From Lottia gigantea (Eukaryota): a stretch of DNA of 64,000 nucleotides. The stretch's first letter is position 1. Every line of letters starts with the position of its first letter. This document shows, in pieces, positions 63,904-64,000 of this stretch. The stretch covers positions 1,534,552 to 1,598,551 of the forward strand of contig NW_008709380.1 of NCBI RefSeq assembly GCF_000327385.1, written 5' to 3'. Both the position numbers and the translations under genes were made by a program. The notes under the pieces were generated by a model that saw only the letters and a program-made list of their open reading frames with translations, was not told where the DNA came from and did not search any database.

Positions 63904-64000
63904 AAGCCAAAATCACATAGACATTCAGGAATTCCAAACAGCCAAAATCACCCAGATATCCAGGAATTCCTGACAGCCAATATCACCCAGACATCTAGGA
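63904..64000. repeat. ~35-bp tandem repeat (CAGCCAAAATCACCCAGATATCCAGGAATTCCTGA) x ~2.8, truncated by the window end
   Basis: Direct reading of three consecutive units. Confidence 0.7.

Overview
The window is AT-rich nuclear DNA from a metazoan. The gene content and the intron/repeat architecture point to a protostome, plausibly a lophotrochozoan or mollusc. This placement is inference from gene content only.

Three protein-coding genes are supported, all on the minus strand.

1. A ladybird-type homeobox gene, Lbx. Exon 1 runs 18159->17682 and exon 2 runs 484->15. They are joined across a ~17.2 kb phase-1 intron.
2. An arginyl-tRNA synthetase gene of the mitochondrial (RARS2-like) type. It has at least 17 short exons between ~39.9 kb and 30.6 kb. 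It is essentially invisible in the >=60-aa ORF track. I reconstructed it exon by exon from homology plus GT/AG sites and phase bookkeeping.
3. A single-exon 600-aa C2H2 zinc-finger transcription factor, 53781->51979. Its 2+4+2 finger layout is typical of hunchback, the protostome counterpart of the Ikaros family.

Everything else is gene-desert sequence. It carries at least 9 tandem-repeat arrays (three sit inside RARS2 introns), at least 2 SINE-like dispersed repeat families, several hairpin or MITE-like inverted repeats, and a few CpG/E-box/CCAAT clusters that look regulatory.

I found no prokaryote-style system, no CRISPR, no rRNA and no convincing tRNA gene. Many 'M' starts in the ORF track are TTG, not ATG. 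I checked this for the Lbx and RARS2 ORFs. All coordinates were derived by hand and may be off by a few bases.
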